64,000 nucleotides of DNA from Salinispira sp. (GTDB lineage Bacteria > Spirochaetota > Spirochaetia > DSM-27196 > Salinispiraceae). The notes beneath the pieces are model-generated. The model was not told the DNA's origin. It did not search any database and saw only the letters and a program-made list of their open reading frames with translations. The stretch covers positions 32,001 to 96,000 of the forward strand of contig CBDDDG010000002.1 in the NCBI GenBank assembly GCA_965226555.1, read 5' to 3'. The translations under genes and the position numbers were made by a program. How positions within the stretch are numbered: the first letter of the stretch is position 1; each line of letters starts with the position of its first letter. This document shows, one piece after another, positions 43,847 to 55,023 of this stretch.

Positions 43847-44332
43847 TTAGGGTGCCAGCCCGCCCTGTTCCCGAAAACGATCTGCTGATCTTCTGAATTC
43901 AGGAAAGGGAATTGGAACAGCTCCGTCCAGAATAGTAGTGGTGATCTTTGCCCTGCAGACAATATCATCATTCCGGATAATTTCCTGATAAAATACATTT
44001 CTCAACCTGCCTTCCCATGCAAGCCGCAGTCCCACAAAAAAAATATCCCCGGACCTGAGGGCTTGAACATAGTCTATTTCGGCGCGGGTAACCACCGGAC
44101 GGATTCCCTTCTTGGTCAATTCCGCAAAATCGAACCCTATGGCCTTAAGGTACCCATGCCGACAATGCTCCAGATAATTCTGATATACCGCATTATTTAC
44201 AATACCCTGCATATCAAGCTCATAATCGCGAACCTCACAATTGAGCCTATAATCATATCCGTCTATTCTATCTGCCGCCACGCTGCCATCCGCCGCCATG
44301 CTGCCATTCGCCGCCGTTCCTCCCTCCGCCAT
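43847..44332 (-). CDS. Acyl-CoA thioesterase (YbgC/4HBT-like)
   Basis: VRDYELDMQGIVNNAVYQNYLEH. Confidence 0.9.
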   Translation of the reverse strand: MAEGGTAANGSMAADGSVAADRIDGYDYRLNCEVRDYELDMQGIVNNAVYQNYLEHCRHGYLKAIGFDFAELTKKGIRPVVTRAEIDYVQALRSGDIFFVGLRLAWEGRLRNVFYQEIIRNDDIVCRAKITTTILDGAVPIPFPEFRRSADRFREQGGLAP

Positions 44333-44930
44333 GCCTCTTCATCCACATGTCGAAGAAATACCAACTAATGCCCATAATGCCGTTTACCATAAATTCAGGA
44401 ACCTGCCCCTGAGCGATGAGCGGGATCGGCACAAGCTCAACATCAATGACCTCATTGGCATCGAGGTTGCGCACATTGTCGAAGCGTAGTTCCCGGGCAA
44501 GAAAGACATGAAGCTTATTTCCCATGAACGCAGCGTTGGGGCTCGCTGCCCCAATGTGCTCTATTGTGCCTGCCCGGAACCCCGTTTCCTCATGGAGTTC
44601 CCGCCGGGCAGCAGCCATATGCTCCTCGCCCGCATCAAGATAGCCGCCGGGAACTTCCAGCGAAATCTCATCGCAGCCATGGCGAAACTGCCGTACCAGA
44701 ACCAGACAATCCTCCCCCCTGCTATTCTCATGCACCGCGCATACATTTGCCCAATCGGCACAATCGAGCCGGAGAAAATTACCCTCTCTGCCATCATCTC
44801 TCGCATACCGAGCCGAAGATATATGAAAAAAGCTATTACGAAAAACCTCTTCCTGCTGCTTCCTCTCCCACGACAGGTGCTCCGTATCTCTCGGCACCCC
44901 ATAATCGTGCACATTAAACCCGCTATTCAC
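44268..44930 (-). CDS. NUDIX hydrolase (ADP-ribose pyrophosphatase-like)
   Basis: GGYLDAGEEHMAAARRELHEETG; GTG 44930 after AAGGAG. Confidence 0.9.
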   Translation of the reverse strand: MNSGFNVHDYGVPRDTEHLSWERKQQEEVFRNSFFHISSARYARDDGREGNFLRLDCADWANVCAVHENSRGEDCLVLVRQFRHGCDEISLEVPGGYLDAGEEHMAAARRELHEETGFRAGTIEHIGAASPNAAFMGNKLHVFLARELRFDNVRNLDANEVIDVELVPIPLIAQGQVPEFMVNGIMGISWYFFDMWMKRHGGGRNGGEWQHGGGWQRGGR

Positions 44931-44948
44931 GACTTTCTCCTTCGCTGA

Positions 44949-45002
44949 GAAACTTTTGCTACTGAAATTTTGCAGAGCGCAATTTCCATGAGCAAAACTT
45001 TC
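44949..45002. mobile_element. Hairpin module of palindromic element in divergent promoter region
   Basis: gaaacttttgct...agcaaaactttc. Confidence 0.75.
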
Positions 45003-45022
45003 TGTTATGGTATATTGGAACC

Positions 45023-46600
45023 GTGTCATTATACCAACGAATCGATGTAATAGTAAGAACACTTCGCGCCGACCTCCATGAACGGGATGAGTCCCTACGC
45101 CTCACCATGCTCGCAGCCCTGTCGGCGCAGAGTATCTTCTTTCTCGGACCTCCGGGGGTAGCAAAATCCATGGTCGGCAGGCGAATTGCCGCTGCTTTCA
45201 GAGATGCGCGCTTTTTCGAATATCTCATGGGACGTTTCTCCACACCCGATGAATTGTTCGGACCGGTTTCCATTTCACGGCTCAGAAAAGATGACAGCTA
45301 CACACGGAATACCGAAGGTTTTCTCCCCACAGCCGATATTGTGTTCCTCGATGAAATATGGAAGGCCAGCCCGCCTATTCAGAATAGCCTGCTTTCCATT
45401 CTGAACGAGCGGATATTCAGAAACGGCGATGAGCTGCTGTCGGTTCCCCTGAAATGTTTTATTGGCGCCAGTAATGCGCTGACCCCCCACGATGATACAC
45501 GGGCATTCTGGGATCGTTTTCTCATTCGGGTGCATATGCGTCCCATTGAAAGCGCTGAACAATTTCAGGCCCTTCTTATTTCAGATGAGAAAGATATTCG
45601 CGTTTCCCATCCCATTGCTCATGATGAATGGTCGAACTGGAGAGAAAAAAGCAGCGCAATTGGTCTGAATAGGACGCTGCTGGAAATAATTGTTGACATT
45701 CGGGATGCCCTGAAAGAGCTTGACCATGAACAGTACTATGTTTCAGACCGCCGCTGGAAACAGATTGCTGAGTTGCTGCGCTGCTCGGCATTTTTTCATT
45801 CCCGGCGGGAAGCGGATATTGCAGACAGTTTCATTATTCCGTACTGCATCTGGAACGATCCAGATCATGATGTCCGTACTATTTTTCATGAAAAACTCAG
45901 AATGCGGGTATTTTCGAAATATATCGACCTCGGCGATCTGGAACTCGACATTGCCGCATTCACAAAGGACCTCACCCGAGCAACCCACATTGACGAAGAC
46001 GTATCTCTCCTTGAACCCCGAAAATACGATGGCGAATATCTGCGCTTCCTCCCCAAGCCCGATCCCGCTGTTGCCCCCGCAGCCGATCCCGCCGCTGCCT
46101 CCGATGGGCAGCCCGAACTCGACACAACGGAATACCGGGTCTGGGCAGAGGACCTTGAAAACCTCGATGCGCGATCCGAACTTGAGGTGTTTATGTACCG
46201 GAACGGCACCTTTGTTGAAATGACACTCTGCGCCATGAACTGGTCGAATAGGGAGAAGTGGGAACTTACTGGTTCTCTGGGAACGGGCCGCATTGAATGC
46301 GGGGAAACTGTTGCCAGAAAATCTGTTCCGGTACGCCTTAAAGAGAAGGAACGAAAACACTATGAGGAGACATTCCGCAGCCTTCTACGCAGAATTGAAC
46401 AGCACATTGTCAACTTCGACAGCCATGTTCAGGAATTGTATACGGCCATCAGAACTCATCTTTTTGTTCCTCAGGAGAACAATTCCGTACTTGAGCAGGC
46501 AGCAAAGCATACACGGGGAATTCTTGAGGAAAAACTTGCCGTTCTTCTTCTTGAAGGTAAAAAGCAGGGACTAAAAGCGCGGACTGAGAGCGGGGCCTGA
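45023..46600 (+). CDS. RavA-like MoxR AAA+ ATPase
   Basis: GPPGVAKS, YLMGRFSTPDELFGP, FLDEIWKA, SDRRW. Confidence 0.9.
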   Translation: MSLYQRIDVIVRTLRADLHERDESLRLTMLAALSAQSIFFLGPPGVAKSMVGRRIAAAFRDARFFEYLMGRFSTPDELFGPVSISRLRKDDSYTRNTEGFLPTADIVFLDEIWKASPPIQNSLLSILNERIFRNGDELLSVPLKCFIGASNALTPHDDTRAFWDRFLIRVHMRPIESAEQFQALLISDEKDIRVSHPIAHDEWSNWREKSSAIGLNRTLLEIIVDIRDALKELDHEQYYVSDRRWKQIAELLRCSAFFHSRREADIADSFIIPYCIWNDPDHDVRTIFHEKLRMRVFSKYIDLGDLELDIAAFTKDLTRATHIDEDVSLLEPRKYDGEYLRFLPKPDPAVAPAADPAAASDGQPELDTTEYRVWAEDLENLDARSELEVFMYRNGTFVEMTLCAMNWSNREKWELTGSLGTGRIECGETVARKSVPVRLKEKERKHYEETFRSLLRRIEQHIVNFDSHVQELYTAIRTHLFVPQENNSVLEQAAKHTRGILEEKLAVLLLEGKKQGLKARTESGA

Positions 46601-46603
46601 GCG

Positions 46604-48283
46604 ATGCATCATAATTGCCCCTTTTTTCACGATGAATCTCTTATGCCCGAAGACCTCAGAACGGCACTGGAGGAAGAACTGGAGCTTTTTTTTCTGGGAA
46701 AACGGGGAAGCGCTGGAGAATTGCAACACAACAGGCTGCCGGAAACATATCGCGGAAACAACGAACCGTATTGCGGCAGCAGCGCAGAACAGACGCCATC
46801 GCTTCCATTATCCCGAAACCGCGCCCTGAAAATGATGATCAGCAACATCAGTACACTGGCAGGCTCCGTGCGCCGCTGCACGGAAGGAAACATGGATGTG
46901 AGCAGGCGCATCGCTCACGATCTGGTTCAGCGTGTCGGTAATCTCTTCAACGATTCCAACGAGATACATGCTCTGCAGGCCTTGGAAGGTCTCCGTAAAA
47001 AAATGAGCAGCCGATCTCCTGTGCAATGCTATCATCTGACAAAGAGCATGGGTATAAGCGATTCCGATGGAGACATTATTTTCAGCATGCTTGAGGATGC
47101 CGCCGCTTCCGTTGATATCGCCGACACCGAGGATGCTGCCGCCCCCGACATCTCCCCAATATCAGCAAGACCTCCAACATCAGCAACATCAGCGCACATC
47201 CAACGGCAGTCCCTAGAGCATGCCATGGAACAAAACATCAGCCGCAATCTCAGCGCCTACGAGGCTGGGCTGTATCGATCCATAATACGGAGCAATCTCC
47301 CGCCAATTATCATTGAACTTCTGGAAAATGCCGCTCTGTTGAGTAAGGTTTCGGAAAACATGGAACATTACTTCGGCATAAACTCAGCAGGGTGGGATTA
47401 CACGCGAGGCGAGTGGCAGGAAATTCCCTGGGAAATTTTCAATGCCGGCAGGCAACTACTGGAAAATGATCCATCCATCATGCGTCTTGCTGAAATCCTC
47501 GGAAGGGGGAGCGGCGCAGGGCGGGCAGATACTGTCGAAATGCCCGATCAGAAAGAAACCGAACACATACATGAACAGGAATATCTCGGTAAGCGGGAAA
47601 TACTGGGAATTAATTTCGGGAACGATATTAACATTACCCTCCCGTCGCAATTCATGTTTTTTTTCGACTCAGATACCGAATACCGTTTCTACAAGGAACT
47701 CTTGGAAGGTCAACTTCTCGTTCTTCATTATCGGAATATGGAAACCCGGGAAAAGATCATATATAGGCCGAAAAAACAGAAAAAAACTCTCGGCCCCGTG
47801 ATCATTTGTCTCGATACAAGCGGCAGCATGAGCGGTTGGCCGGAAAGTGTCGCAAAGGCTCTCTGCCTTGCTCTCGTACATATCTGCAGGCGCATGCGGC
47901 GGGGGCTTTATCTTATTTTGTTTTCCACCGAGGTTCGGGAAATGGATTTGAGTAATATGGAAGAGAGTATTGGTGAATTTTCCCAATTCTTTCGCATGGA
48001 ATTTCGGGGCGGCACCGATCTCAGGCCGGCACTCAGGGCATCGTTACGGGTAATGCGGGAAAAAGATTTTGTTGATAGCGATCTTCTTATTATTTCCGAT
48101 TTTCGTGTTCCCAAGATCATGCTGGGAGATGATATTGTGTTTTCTGGAATTCGGGAACACAACCGCATCCACGCCCTTACCATAGGAAAACAGCCGATGG
48201 AAGATATTTTCAATATTTTTGACAGCTGCTGGCATTATCTCGTCTCGGCACAGGGACAGGCCATCGGCATGGGCGGAATTTAA
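46604..48283 (+). CDS. ViaA-like VWA-domain protein
   Basis: GPVIICLDTSGSMSG, GGTD, ISDF; follows RavA-like gene. Confidence 0.88.
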   Translation: MHHNCPFFHDESLMPEDLRTALEEELELFFLGKRGSAGELQHNRLPETYRGNNEPYCGSSAEQTPSLPLSRNRALKMMISNISTLAGSVRRCTEGNMDVSRRIAHDLVQRVGNLFNDSNEIHALQALEGLRKKMSSRSPVQCYHLTKSMGISDSDGDIIFSMLEDAAASVDIADTEDAAAPDISPISARPPTSATSAHIQRQSLEHAMEQNISRNLSAYEAGLYRSIIRSNLPPIIIELLENAALLSKVSENMEHYFGINSAGWDYTRGEWQEIPWEIFNAGRQLLENDPSIMRLAEILGRGSGAGRADTVEMPDQKETEHIHEQEYLGKREILGINFGNDINITLPSQFMFFFDSDTEYRFYKELLEGQLLVLHYRNMETREKIIYRPKKQKKTLGPVIICLDTSGSMSGWPESVAKALCLALVHICRRMRRGLYLILFSTEVREMDLSNMEESIGEFSQFFRMEFRGGTDLRPALRASLRVMREKDFVDSDLLIISDFRVPKIMLGDDIVFSGIREHNRIHALTIGKQPMEDIFNIFDSCWHYLVSAQGQAIGMGGI

Positions 48284-48317
48284 CGTTCCGATATGCGCGC
48301 AGGCCGAGCAGCGCCAA

Positions 48318-49406
48318 TTAGTGCGATCCGTTCCGCACTGTCCGCATTTCCTCATCGCTCAGCCCGGTAACATCCTGAATGTCATGGGCTGAAAATCCTT
48401 TGGAAAACATACTGCGGGCGTTTTTTCTCCGCTCCTCAATATGCCCCTCAGCGCGACCTGCCTGTAGCCCCTTCTGTAGCCCCTTCTGAAGTCCTTCTTC
48501 ACGACCTGTCTGCAATCCTGTCTGAAGTCCTTCTTCACGACCTGTCTGCAATCCTTCCTGCCGACCTGTCTGAAGTCCTTCCTGCCGACCCATTTCCGCA
48601 ATGCGCGCTTTGAATGTTTCCGCATTCATTCTGAACATTTTTGCTACCTCCTTACCTCTCGGTTCTTTTGTTCTTTCTAACTGGTTCATTAGCGTGTCAA
48701 AGTCTATAACAATTCCGAACATCGAATCTATCACGCCGATAAATTCCTCTATCAGCTCCAGCGATTCCTCATTCAGCATTTCTGCTATCGCTTTCTCCAC
48801 CTTCCGAATGTCCCAATCCGTATTCAGCAGATTTTTCGAGTACAGATCAAGGTACATAACAGCCGCAAACATTCTTCCCCGCTGCTGCAGCTGCTCCGCA
48901 GAATAATCGCTCTCGTTAATAAGATCGTAAGGAAAGGGAGCAAGATACTGCGGGAATTCCCGCGTGTTCCGCTCTCTGACATTCCCGGGCACCTTCCATT
49001 TTCTCGTACCATTATAGAACACAATGGGCAGAAATACCAATTCACAGTCATCGGGAATTGCTCCAGAGCGGTGAATGTTCCGATAGAGCAGATTCGTATA
49101 TTCCGACATGCGGAGGGGCATGTCTTTGTCCACTCCAGACTGATGCTCAAGGAGCACATAGATAGCAACATCTCCCGTGTGATCCTTCTGCGTTATTTTG
49201 CAGACAATGTCGGCCATCCGTGTTTTCGCATGGTCAATGAAAAAGGTACCGTTTTCGATGGTTATATCCTCGATTCGGAGTTTTTTCGTCCATGCGCCTC
49301 CGACAAAGCGTTGAAGAAATTGGAGCATTATTGCGGGTTGGAACAGCAGGGAGCGGTATCCTTGGTCGTAGGGAACGGGGGCGGGTTTTTCTTTGAAATC
49401 GATCAT
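48318..49406 (-). CDS. Rpn type B (intact, 362 aa); internal RpnS start 48638
   Basis: Near-identical N-terminal 256 aa to 36614 copy. Confidence 0.9.
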   Translation of the reverse strand: MIDFKEKPAPVPYDQGYRSLLFQPAIMLQFLQRFVGGAWTKKLRIEDITIENGTFFIDHAKTRMADIVCKITQKDHTGDVAIYVLLEHQSGVDKDMPLRMSEYTNLLYRNIHRSGAIPDDCELVFLPIVFYNGTRKWKVPGNVRERNTREFPQYLAPFPYDLINESDYSAEQLQQRGRMFAAVMYLDLYSKNLLNTDWDIRKVEKAIAEMLNEESLELIEEFIGVIDSMFGIVIDFDTLMNQLERTKEPRGKEVAKMFRMNAETFKARIAEMGRQEGLQTGRQEGLQTGREEGLQTGLQTGREEGLQKGLQKGLQAGRAEGHIEERRKNARSMFSKGFSAHDIQDVTGLSDEEMRTVRNGSH

Positions 49407-49420
49407 ACAATCCTCCTGAA

Positions 49421-49475
49421 CGAAAGTTTTGCTACTGGAAATTGTGCTTGCACAATTTTCCAATGCAAAAGTTTC
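49421..49475. mobile_element. 55-bp hairpin element just upstream of Rpn RBS
   Basis: Absent from 36614, 39876 and 59757 leaders; same site at 58118-58172. Confidence 0.8.
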
Positions 49476-50044
49476 TGAACGTTTTTTTCTGAATAGGGGA
49501 GTTCCCATGGCGACATGGTCCCATGGTGAATTCTCCCTTATATATCTATAACGGGAGAAAAGTCATTTTTAACTATGTTTTTGAAAAGAATTTGAAAAAA
49601 GTTTGCAAAATGTGTGAATTTTTTTCAGGGAGTCGGGAATGGGGGCTGGTATGCTCTGTGTTGATGCTCTCCATGCTCCGCGCGAGGTCTTTGTTGAAGT
49701 ATGAATATATGAAGTTCCAGAATATCTGAGCATTCCTGAAAGCATATTTCCAACTTTTGTCATGTACCATATCGATATAATCTTTCCCCATACTATATAG
49801 ATGGGGTAAATATGAACGGTGAATGATACAATGAGAAATTTTTTCAAAAAGTTTCTATTATTTTGGGATATTGACCTGAGCCCATCGTCTCAGTAACAGG
49901 CGCATAGGCGAGCTATCGAAAAAAGGCAGGCACGGGGCTGCTCGGCGCTCCGCGCCTGCTCGCCCAAGCATCCGGGGAAAAATCCGCGCCTGCCTGAGTT
50001 GAATTGCCGCTTTTCATTAGCCACTGGGGGCTATGAAACTACTC

Positions 50045-52329
50045 CTAATACCATGATGGATAATTTGGTTGATCCCCACTATCGTCATTACTAGCCGGAT
50101 TCGCATCCAAACCGGAATCCAAAAACGTATCTGCTTTGCTTCCGGTGTATTGGCCAGCGGCATTGAGCGTCCCGGCAGCAGTCGACCAATGATCCTTCCA
50201 CTCCTCAAGATTTTGACTGAATGCACTTGCAGAATAGAACATAGAGCCCATATTCGTTACCTTACTGACATTCCATCCGGAAATATCGCCATTGAATGCG
50301 ATTGCTCCATTGAACATCCCCAACGTACTAATTACCGAACTGACAACCCAGCCGGAAATATCGCCATTGAATGCGATTGCTCCATTGAACAGGAAGTCCA
50401 TATTCGTTACCTTACTAACATCCCATCTGGAGAGATCCTGATTGAATACAGTTACTCTATCGAACATATTGCTCATATTCGTTACCGAACTGACAACCCA
50501 TCCGGAAATATCGCCATTGAATACATATGCTTGAGAGAACATCCCCGACATAATCGTTACCGAACTGACATCCCATATCGAGATGTCGCCATTGAAATAG
50601 TATTTTAGCGCGAACACCTCGTCCATATCCGTTACTGCCGTGGTAATAATGTAGTTGAGATCGGCAGTATTGCCCCAGGTTGATATCCCCGTATTTACCT
50701 TCAATTTCAGATCGGCAAGAATTTCTGCGGCATCACTACCAGCATCATCGGCATACTTATTATCTTCATCTTGAGGCCTCACGGTAACATAAAACTTTTT
50801 GGTAACCCGTGTATTCTCATCGGTTCCGTCTATGACAGATACATTGTATGTTCCTGCCGTTGTCGTTGCGGTAACCGTAATAACTCCGGTACTTGAGTCA
50901 ACTGTCGGAGGGGTAACCGATGTCCCTGAAGTAACCCCAGCCACAGTAACGCTTGGATTCTCCGCATTGGCAGCGGCGTCATCAATATCAGCCGAAAGAA
51001 TGACGGATGTTGTTGATGTACCAAAGGGAACCCGTGCCGCAAGCGGCAGCAATGTTCTCGTTGCGGATAATGACCAGTCGCCATCGCCCACCGCGTTGAC
51101 GGCGCGCACCTGCACATCGTAGGTGGTACCGTTTGTCAAGCTCGGGATGGTGTAGCTCGTACCACTGATAGGGTTGCCCGGGGCCGCCGTCCAAGTACTT
51201 CCGCTGTCTGAACTATACTGCACATCATACCCGGTAATGGGGCTGCCGCCGTTGTTGGGCGCTGTCCATGACGCGGTGATCTGGGCGTTTCCGGCTGTGA
51301 GCGTGGGAGCATTCGGCGCGCTGGGAACGGTAGCGGGGGTTGCGGTGCTAGTCGCTGGGTTGCCATTGCCCTCTGTATTGACAGCGTAGACCCGCACCTC
51401 GTACTCGGTGCCGTTTGTCAGGTTGGGGATGGGGTGGGTGTAGGTGTGGTTGGGGTCGGCATTCACAGCAATAGAAACAGGATTTCCCCACTCGCCTGCT
51501 CCAACTTCGTGATGTTGCAGTTCATAGCGAATAATAGCGCTGTTGCCAGTATCGGTCGGCGCTGTCCATGTTGCTGTAATTGTCGTATCGTCCGCTACGA
51601 GCGTAAACGCAGTCGGCGCCAAGGAAACGGTAATAGGGGTTGCTTCTGCGCTCGATTCCGACCATTCGCCTGCGCCCGCGCTGTTCCGTGCGCGCGCCTG
51701 TACGGTGTACGCGGTGCCGTTTGTCAGGCCAGTGATGATGGTCTCTGTGGCTGGCGCGTCGGCTGTAGTAATGTCCTCCGACCAGCTGCTCCCGCCGTCA
51801 TCGCTATGGCGAAGTTCATACGCGGTAATGTCGCTGCCGCCGCTTTTTTCCGGCGGAGTCCAGTTAACCGTTAGTTGAGCATTCCCCGCTTCAAGGCTTG
51901 GGGCGTCCATGGTGCCCGGCACGGTTGGTTCAGGTACATCTGAATTCTGCCGGGTATAGGCAGTGCCATCCAATGTTAAGGTATCTCCATCAATGGTATA
52001 CCCTACCGTTGCCCCATTACGGTTTTCCGCTCCTTCGACTCCCATACAATTACTGAGCGTAATTGAGTTTCCGTTATCCGTGTAATCACAGGTCAAACCC
52101 GAAACACGGTCTATGAACGTTGTCGCGGTGAATTCTATGGTATGAAACTCATTATCCGCGGTCCACACGCCTATTAGGGGAGATGTATCCATGTCCATGG
52201 GCACTGGTTCCGGTTTCGGCATTGGTTCCGGTTCCGGCATTGGACATCCGACAAGCAGCGCAATGAACATTGCACATAGGAGGAAGAGGGTTACCCCCCC
52301 CCCCCACTTTTCAATAACGTAGTTCGCAT
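50045..52329 (-). pseudogene. FN3 (x3) + DUF285 (x6) surface lipoprotein, out of frame at G12 tract (candidate phase-OFF)
   Basis: GAGGT-ATG 52329: MRTTLLKS-GGGG-TAA; G13 or G10 joins to ORF 52270-50045 with lipobox LVGC. Confidence 0.8.
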
Positions 52330-52358
52330 AATTTTACCTCATGCTAAAATAAGTATTA

Positions 52359-52578
52359 AAAACCTTTGAATAACTCCATTATATCTGCCGGCAGTCTTTT
52401 TTCCACGCAGAAAAAATTATTCATCAATTCCTAGTATTCAGCATACATCATTTTTCCACCCTTTGCATACTCAAAACCCTAAAATTCATTCTTTTTTTCA
52501 TCTTTTTTCAGTATTCCCCTCATTTCCGGCAGCAGTACCGCGGGCACAGCTATCCTGTTGTTATGCCGCAACCGCAGA
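52359..52578 (-). mobile_element. Truncated end of the IS5-family element
   Basis: Matches 5997-6220 including IR and last transposase codons. Confidence 0.85.
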
Positions 52579-52602
52579 CAAAACTCTGTCATATTATGAA
52601 AT

Positions 52603-52710
52603 AACTTTGCATTGGAAAATTGCGCTTGCGCAATTTCCAGTAGCAAAACTTTAGTGTATATTCTTATTAGAAACTTTTGCTGCTGAAAATTGTGCTTTGC
52701 ACAATTTTCC
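52603..52710. mobile_element. Two hairpin modules of palindromic element upstream of lpoB
   Basis: ggaaaattgcgc-tt-gcgcaatttcc and gaaaattgtgc-ttt-gcacaattttc. Confidence 0.75.
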
Positions 52711-52736
52711 ATCAGCATTATACATATGGAGGCTAT

Positions 52737-53342
52737 ATGAAAAAAGTGCTTATGTATTGTTTTGGTATGTTCATTCTCGTTTCTGTTTTTGCTTCATGCA
52801 GCTCGGTGAGAGTAGTTCGTACCGACACAGACACGGTTACCGATCTTTCCGGTCGGTGGAACGATACCGATTCACGGCTGGTTGCGGAGGAAATGATTGC
52901 CGACAGCCTTTCGCGCCCTTGGCTGGAGCAGTTTTACGCAAACGAAGACCGCCCGCCGGTAATAATTGTGGGAACCATCCGCAACCGCTCCAGTGAGCAC
53001 ATCGGCACCCAGGTTTTTACAAAAGATATTGAGCGCGAGTTCGTCAACTCTGGACAAGTCGCGCTTGTTGCCAGCACGGAAGAGCGTGGAGAGATTCGCG
53101 AAGAACGGGCGGATCAGCAAAGCGAATCGAGTTTTGAAACTTTGAAACGTATTGGGCAGGAAACCGGCGCGGACTATATGATGATCGGCACAATATCTTC
53201 CATTATCGATCAGGTAGATAATGTGCAGGCAATATTGTATCAGGTTGATATGGAACTCATACATATTGAAAGCAATGTGAAGGCATGGATTGGAAGTAAG
53301 GAAATCACGAAGGTTATTGAGTGGGGTAATGTGAAATTCTGA
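52737..53342 (+). CDS. lpoB: LpoB-like lipoprotein (PBP activator family)
   Basis: Lipobox FASC; DLSGRWNDTDSRLVAEEMI, NRSSEHI, GADY. Confidence 0.75.
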   Translation: MKKVLMYCFGMFILVSVFASCSSVRVVRTDTDTVTDLSGRWNDTDSRLVAEEMIADSLSRPWLEQFYANEDRPPVIIVGTIRNRSSEHIGTQVFTKDIEREFVNSGQVALVASTEERGEIREERADQQSESSFETLKRIGQETGADYMMIGTISSIIDQVDNVQAILYQVDMELIHIESNVKAWIGSKEITKVIEWGNVKF

Positions 53343-53394
53343 GCGGACATTTTCGGAATTGTGCGAGCATTGCGGGCTGAACGATTGCGCGGAA

Positions 53395-54666
53395 TTATGC
53401 GCTTTCTTTAGTGTCGACATATTGATCAGAAATAATCTGAAGCTGATCATATATTTCAAAGAAAATATCTATAAGATCCGGATCAAACTTTATGCCCGAA
53501 AGTTTTCGAAGTTCTGCAAGTACATCGTCTTCTGACCATGCCTTCTTATACACCCGCTGCGATCGCAGGGCATCGTATACATCGGCAATTGCAACAATTC
53601 TTCCAAACAGCGGTATTTCCTCGCCCTTTTTTCCGAGCGCTTTTCCGTGGCTATCTTTCTTCAGCGCTATGCCGGTTGCCGGATCAATGTGCCCGGGATA
53701 CCCGGTACCATCCCAATTTTCATGATGCGTCAATGCCACATCGCGGGCCGCTAAATCGAAGGCAGATCCCGATTTATCAAAAAGATTTGAACCAATTTGG
53801 GTGTGCGTTTTCATAATATCGTATTCATCTTCACTGAATTTACCGGGTTTTTTGAGAATGAGATCTGAAATTCCCACCTTCCCAACATCATGCAGCATGG
53901 AAGACATACGAAAAATATCCCGCTCCTCATTACGCTTATCTTCGGGAATACCCATTTTAAAGGCCCAGCGGTCATAAATTTCCAGCGAATACCCGGCAAC
54001 ACGGTTTACGTGGGGTCCCGTTTCCTTGGGGTCGCGAAGTTCGGCCATTTGTACCATCCGCTGAATAATTGCTCTGGTCAAATATGCCCGTTCAAGCGCA
54101 ATAGTTGCGCTGTTGGCAAAATGCCCAATAAGCTGCTCATCTTCTTGGTCGAAGGCAACTATTGTTCCATCGGGCTTCTTTTTGTTGATGATCTGGAGTA
54201 TTCCCATACATATGTCTGCGGAACTAATAAGAGGAATTGTGAACATGGACTTTGTATAGTAGTTGGAATCCTTATCGTATTGGGTATTATGAGAATAGGG
54301 CGCATTACTGGGAATTTCGTACGCATTGGGAATGTTCAGCGGTTTTTCTACTACTGCCACATAGCCTGCAATTGTCGACTTATCAATGGGAAGTGTAAAG
54401 AATTTGTAGATCAGCTTCTGACCGGGTACAAGTTCTTTTTCTTTTGTATCGTTCTGCGCGTATTTTATCTTGAGAGAATCGTTATTTTTAATGTAAATTG
54501 ATCCCGCATCGGCGCCTGTTATCTGGCGGGCATAGGAAAGTATCCGCTCAAGAAGAATATCCTGGTCCTGAATCTTGTGTAATTCAGAATCCAAACTCAT
54601 AACTTGCCGCATTCTATCGTTATTATCTTTAGAAAAAATCATATACTCTAGTGTATACCAATCCAC
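53395..54666 (-). CDS. GAF + HD-GYP cyclic-dinucleotide phosphodiesterase
   Basis: RDPKETGPHVNRV, LHDVGK, HHENWDGTGYP, ADVYDAL. Confidence 0.92.
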   Translation of the reverse strand: MDWYTLEYMIFSKDNNDRMRQVMSLDSELHKIQDQDILLERILSYARQITGADAGSIYIKNNDSLKIKYAQNDTKEKELVPGQKLIYKFFTLPIDKSTIAGYVAVVEKPLNIPNAYEIPSNAPYSHNTQYDKDSNYYTKSMFTIPLISSADICMGILQIINKKKPDGTIVAFDQEDEQLIGHFANSATIALERAYLTRAIIQRMVQMAELRDPKETGPHVNRVAGYSLEIYDRWAFKMGIPEDKRNEERDIFRMSSMLHDVGKVGISDLILKKPGKFSEDEYDIMKTHTQIGSNLFDKSGSAFDLAARDVALTHHENWDGTGYPGHIDPATGIALKKDSHGKALGKKGEEIPLFGRIVAIADVYDALRSQRVYKKAWSEDDVLAELRKLSGIKFDPDLIDIFFEIYDQLQIISDQYVDTKESA

Positions 54667-54822
54667 AGGAAAATATCAAGAAACTTTTGCATAAAGCAAT
54701 GGGAAGGGTAATTTTCCAATTTTTAATCTTACTGAGAATTATACCTGAGCATAGTCTCTTTTGCAAGCAGTAATGAGCATACCCTGCGAAAATCCACTTA
54801 TGCGCTGTACAATTCTCATTAT

Positions 54823-54909
54823 ATGGGAGGGGACTATGTGAAAGGTCGGCAGGAAGGACTGCGGACAGGCCGTGAAGAAGGCATTCAAGGAGCTGCCCGC
54901 AGTAATTGA
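54823..54909 (+). pseudogene. Orphan RpnS-like fragment (28 aa)
   Basis: MGGDYVKGRQEGLRTGREEGIQGAARSN matches Rpn C-terminal repeats. Confidence 0.65.
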
Positions 54910-55023
54910 CGAAAACCTCCATTACCCACTTTACACTACTGAATATATAGTAATAACATTGCTCACTTGTTGTAGGAGAAAACATTACAAAATGCAAACC
55001 TTTCTCCACAAGGGAGATTTTTT

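Noticed and set aside
44930..45062. N-terminal extensions of NUDIX, lpoB and Rpn B ORFs in the track
   Set aside because: They run through palindromic elements or leaders; downstream starts have proper RBSs.
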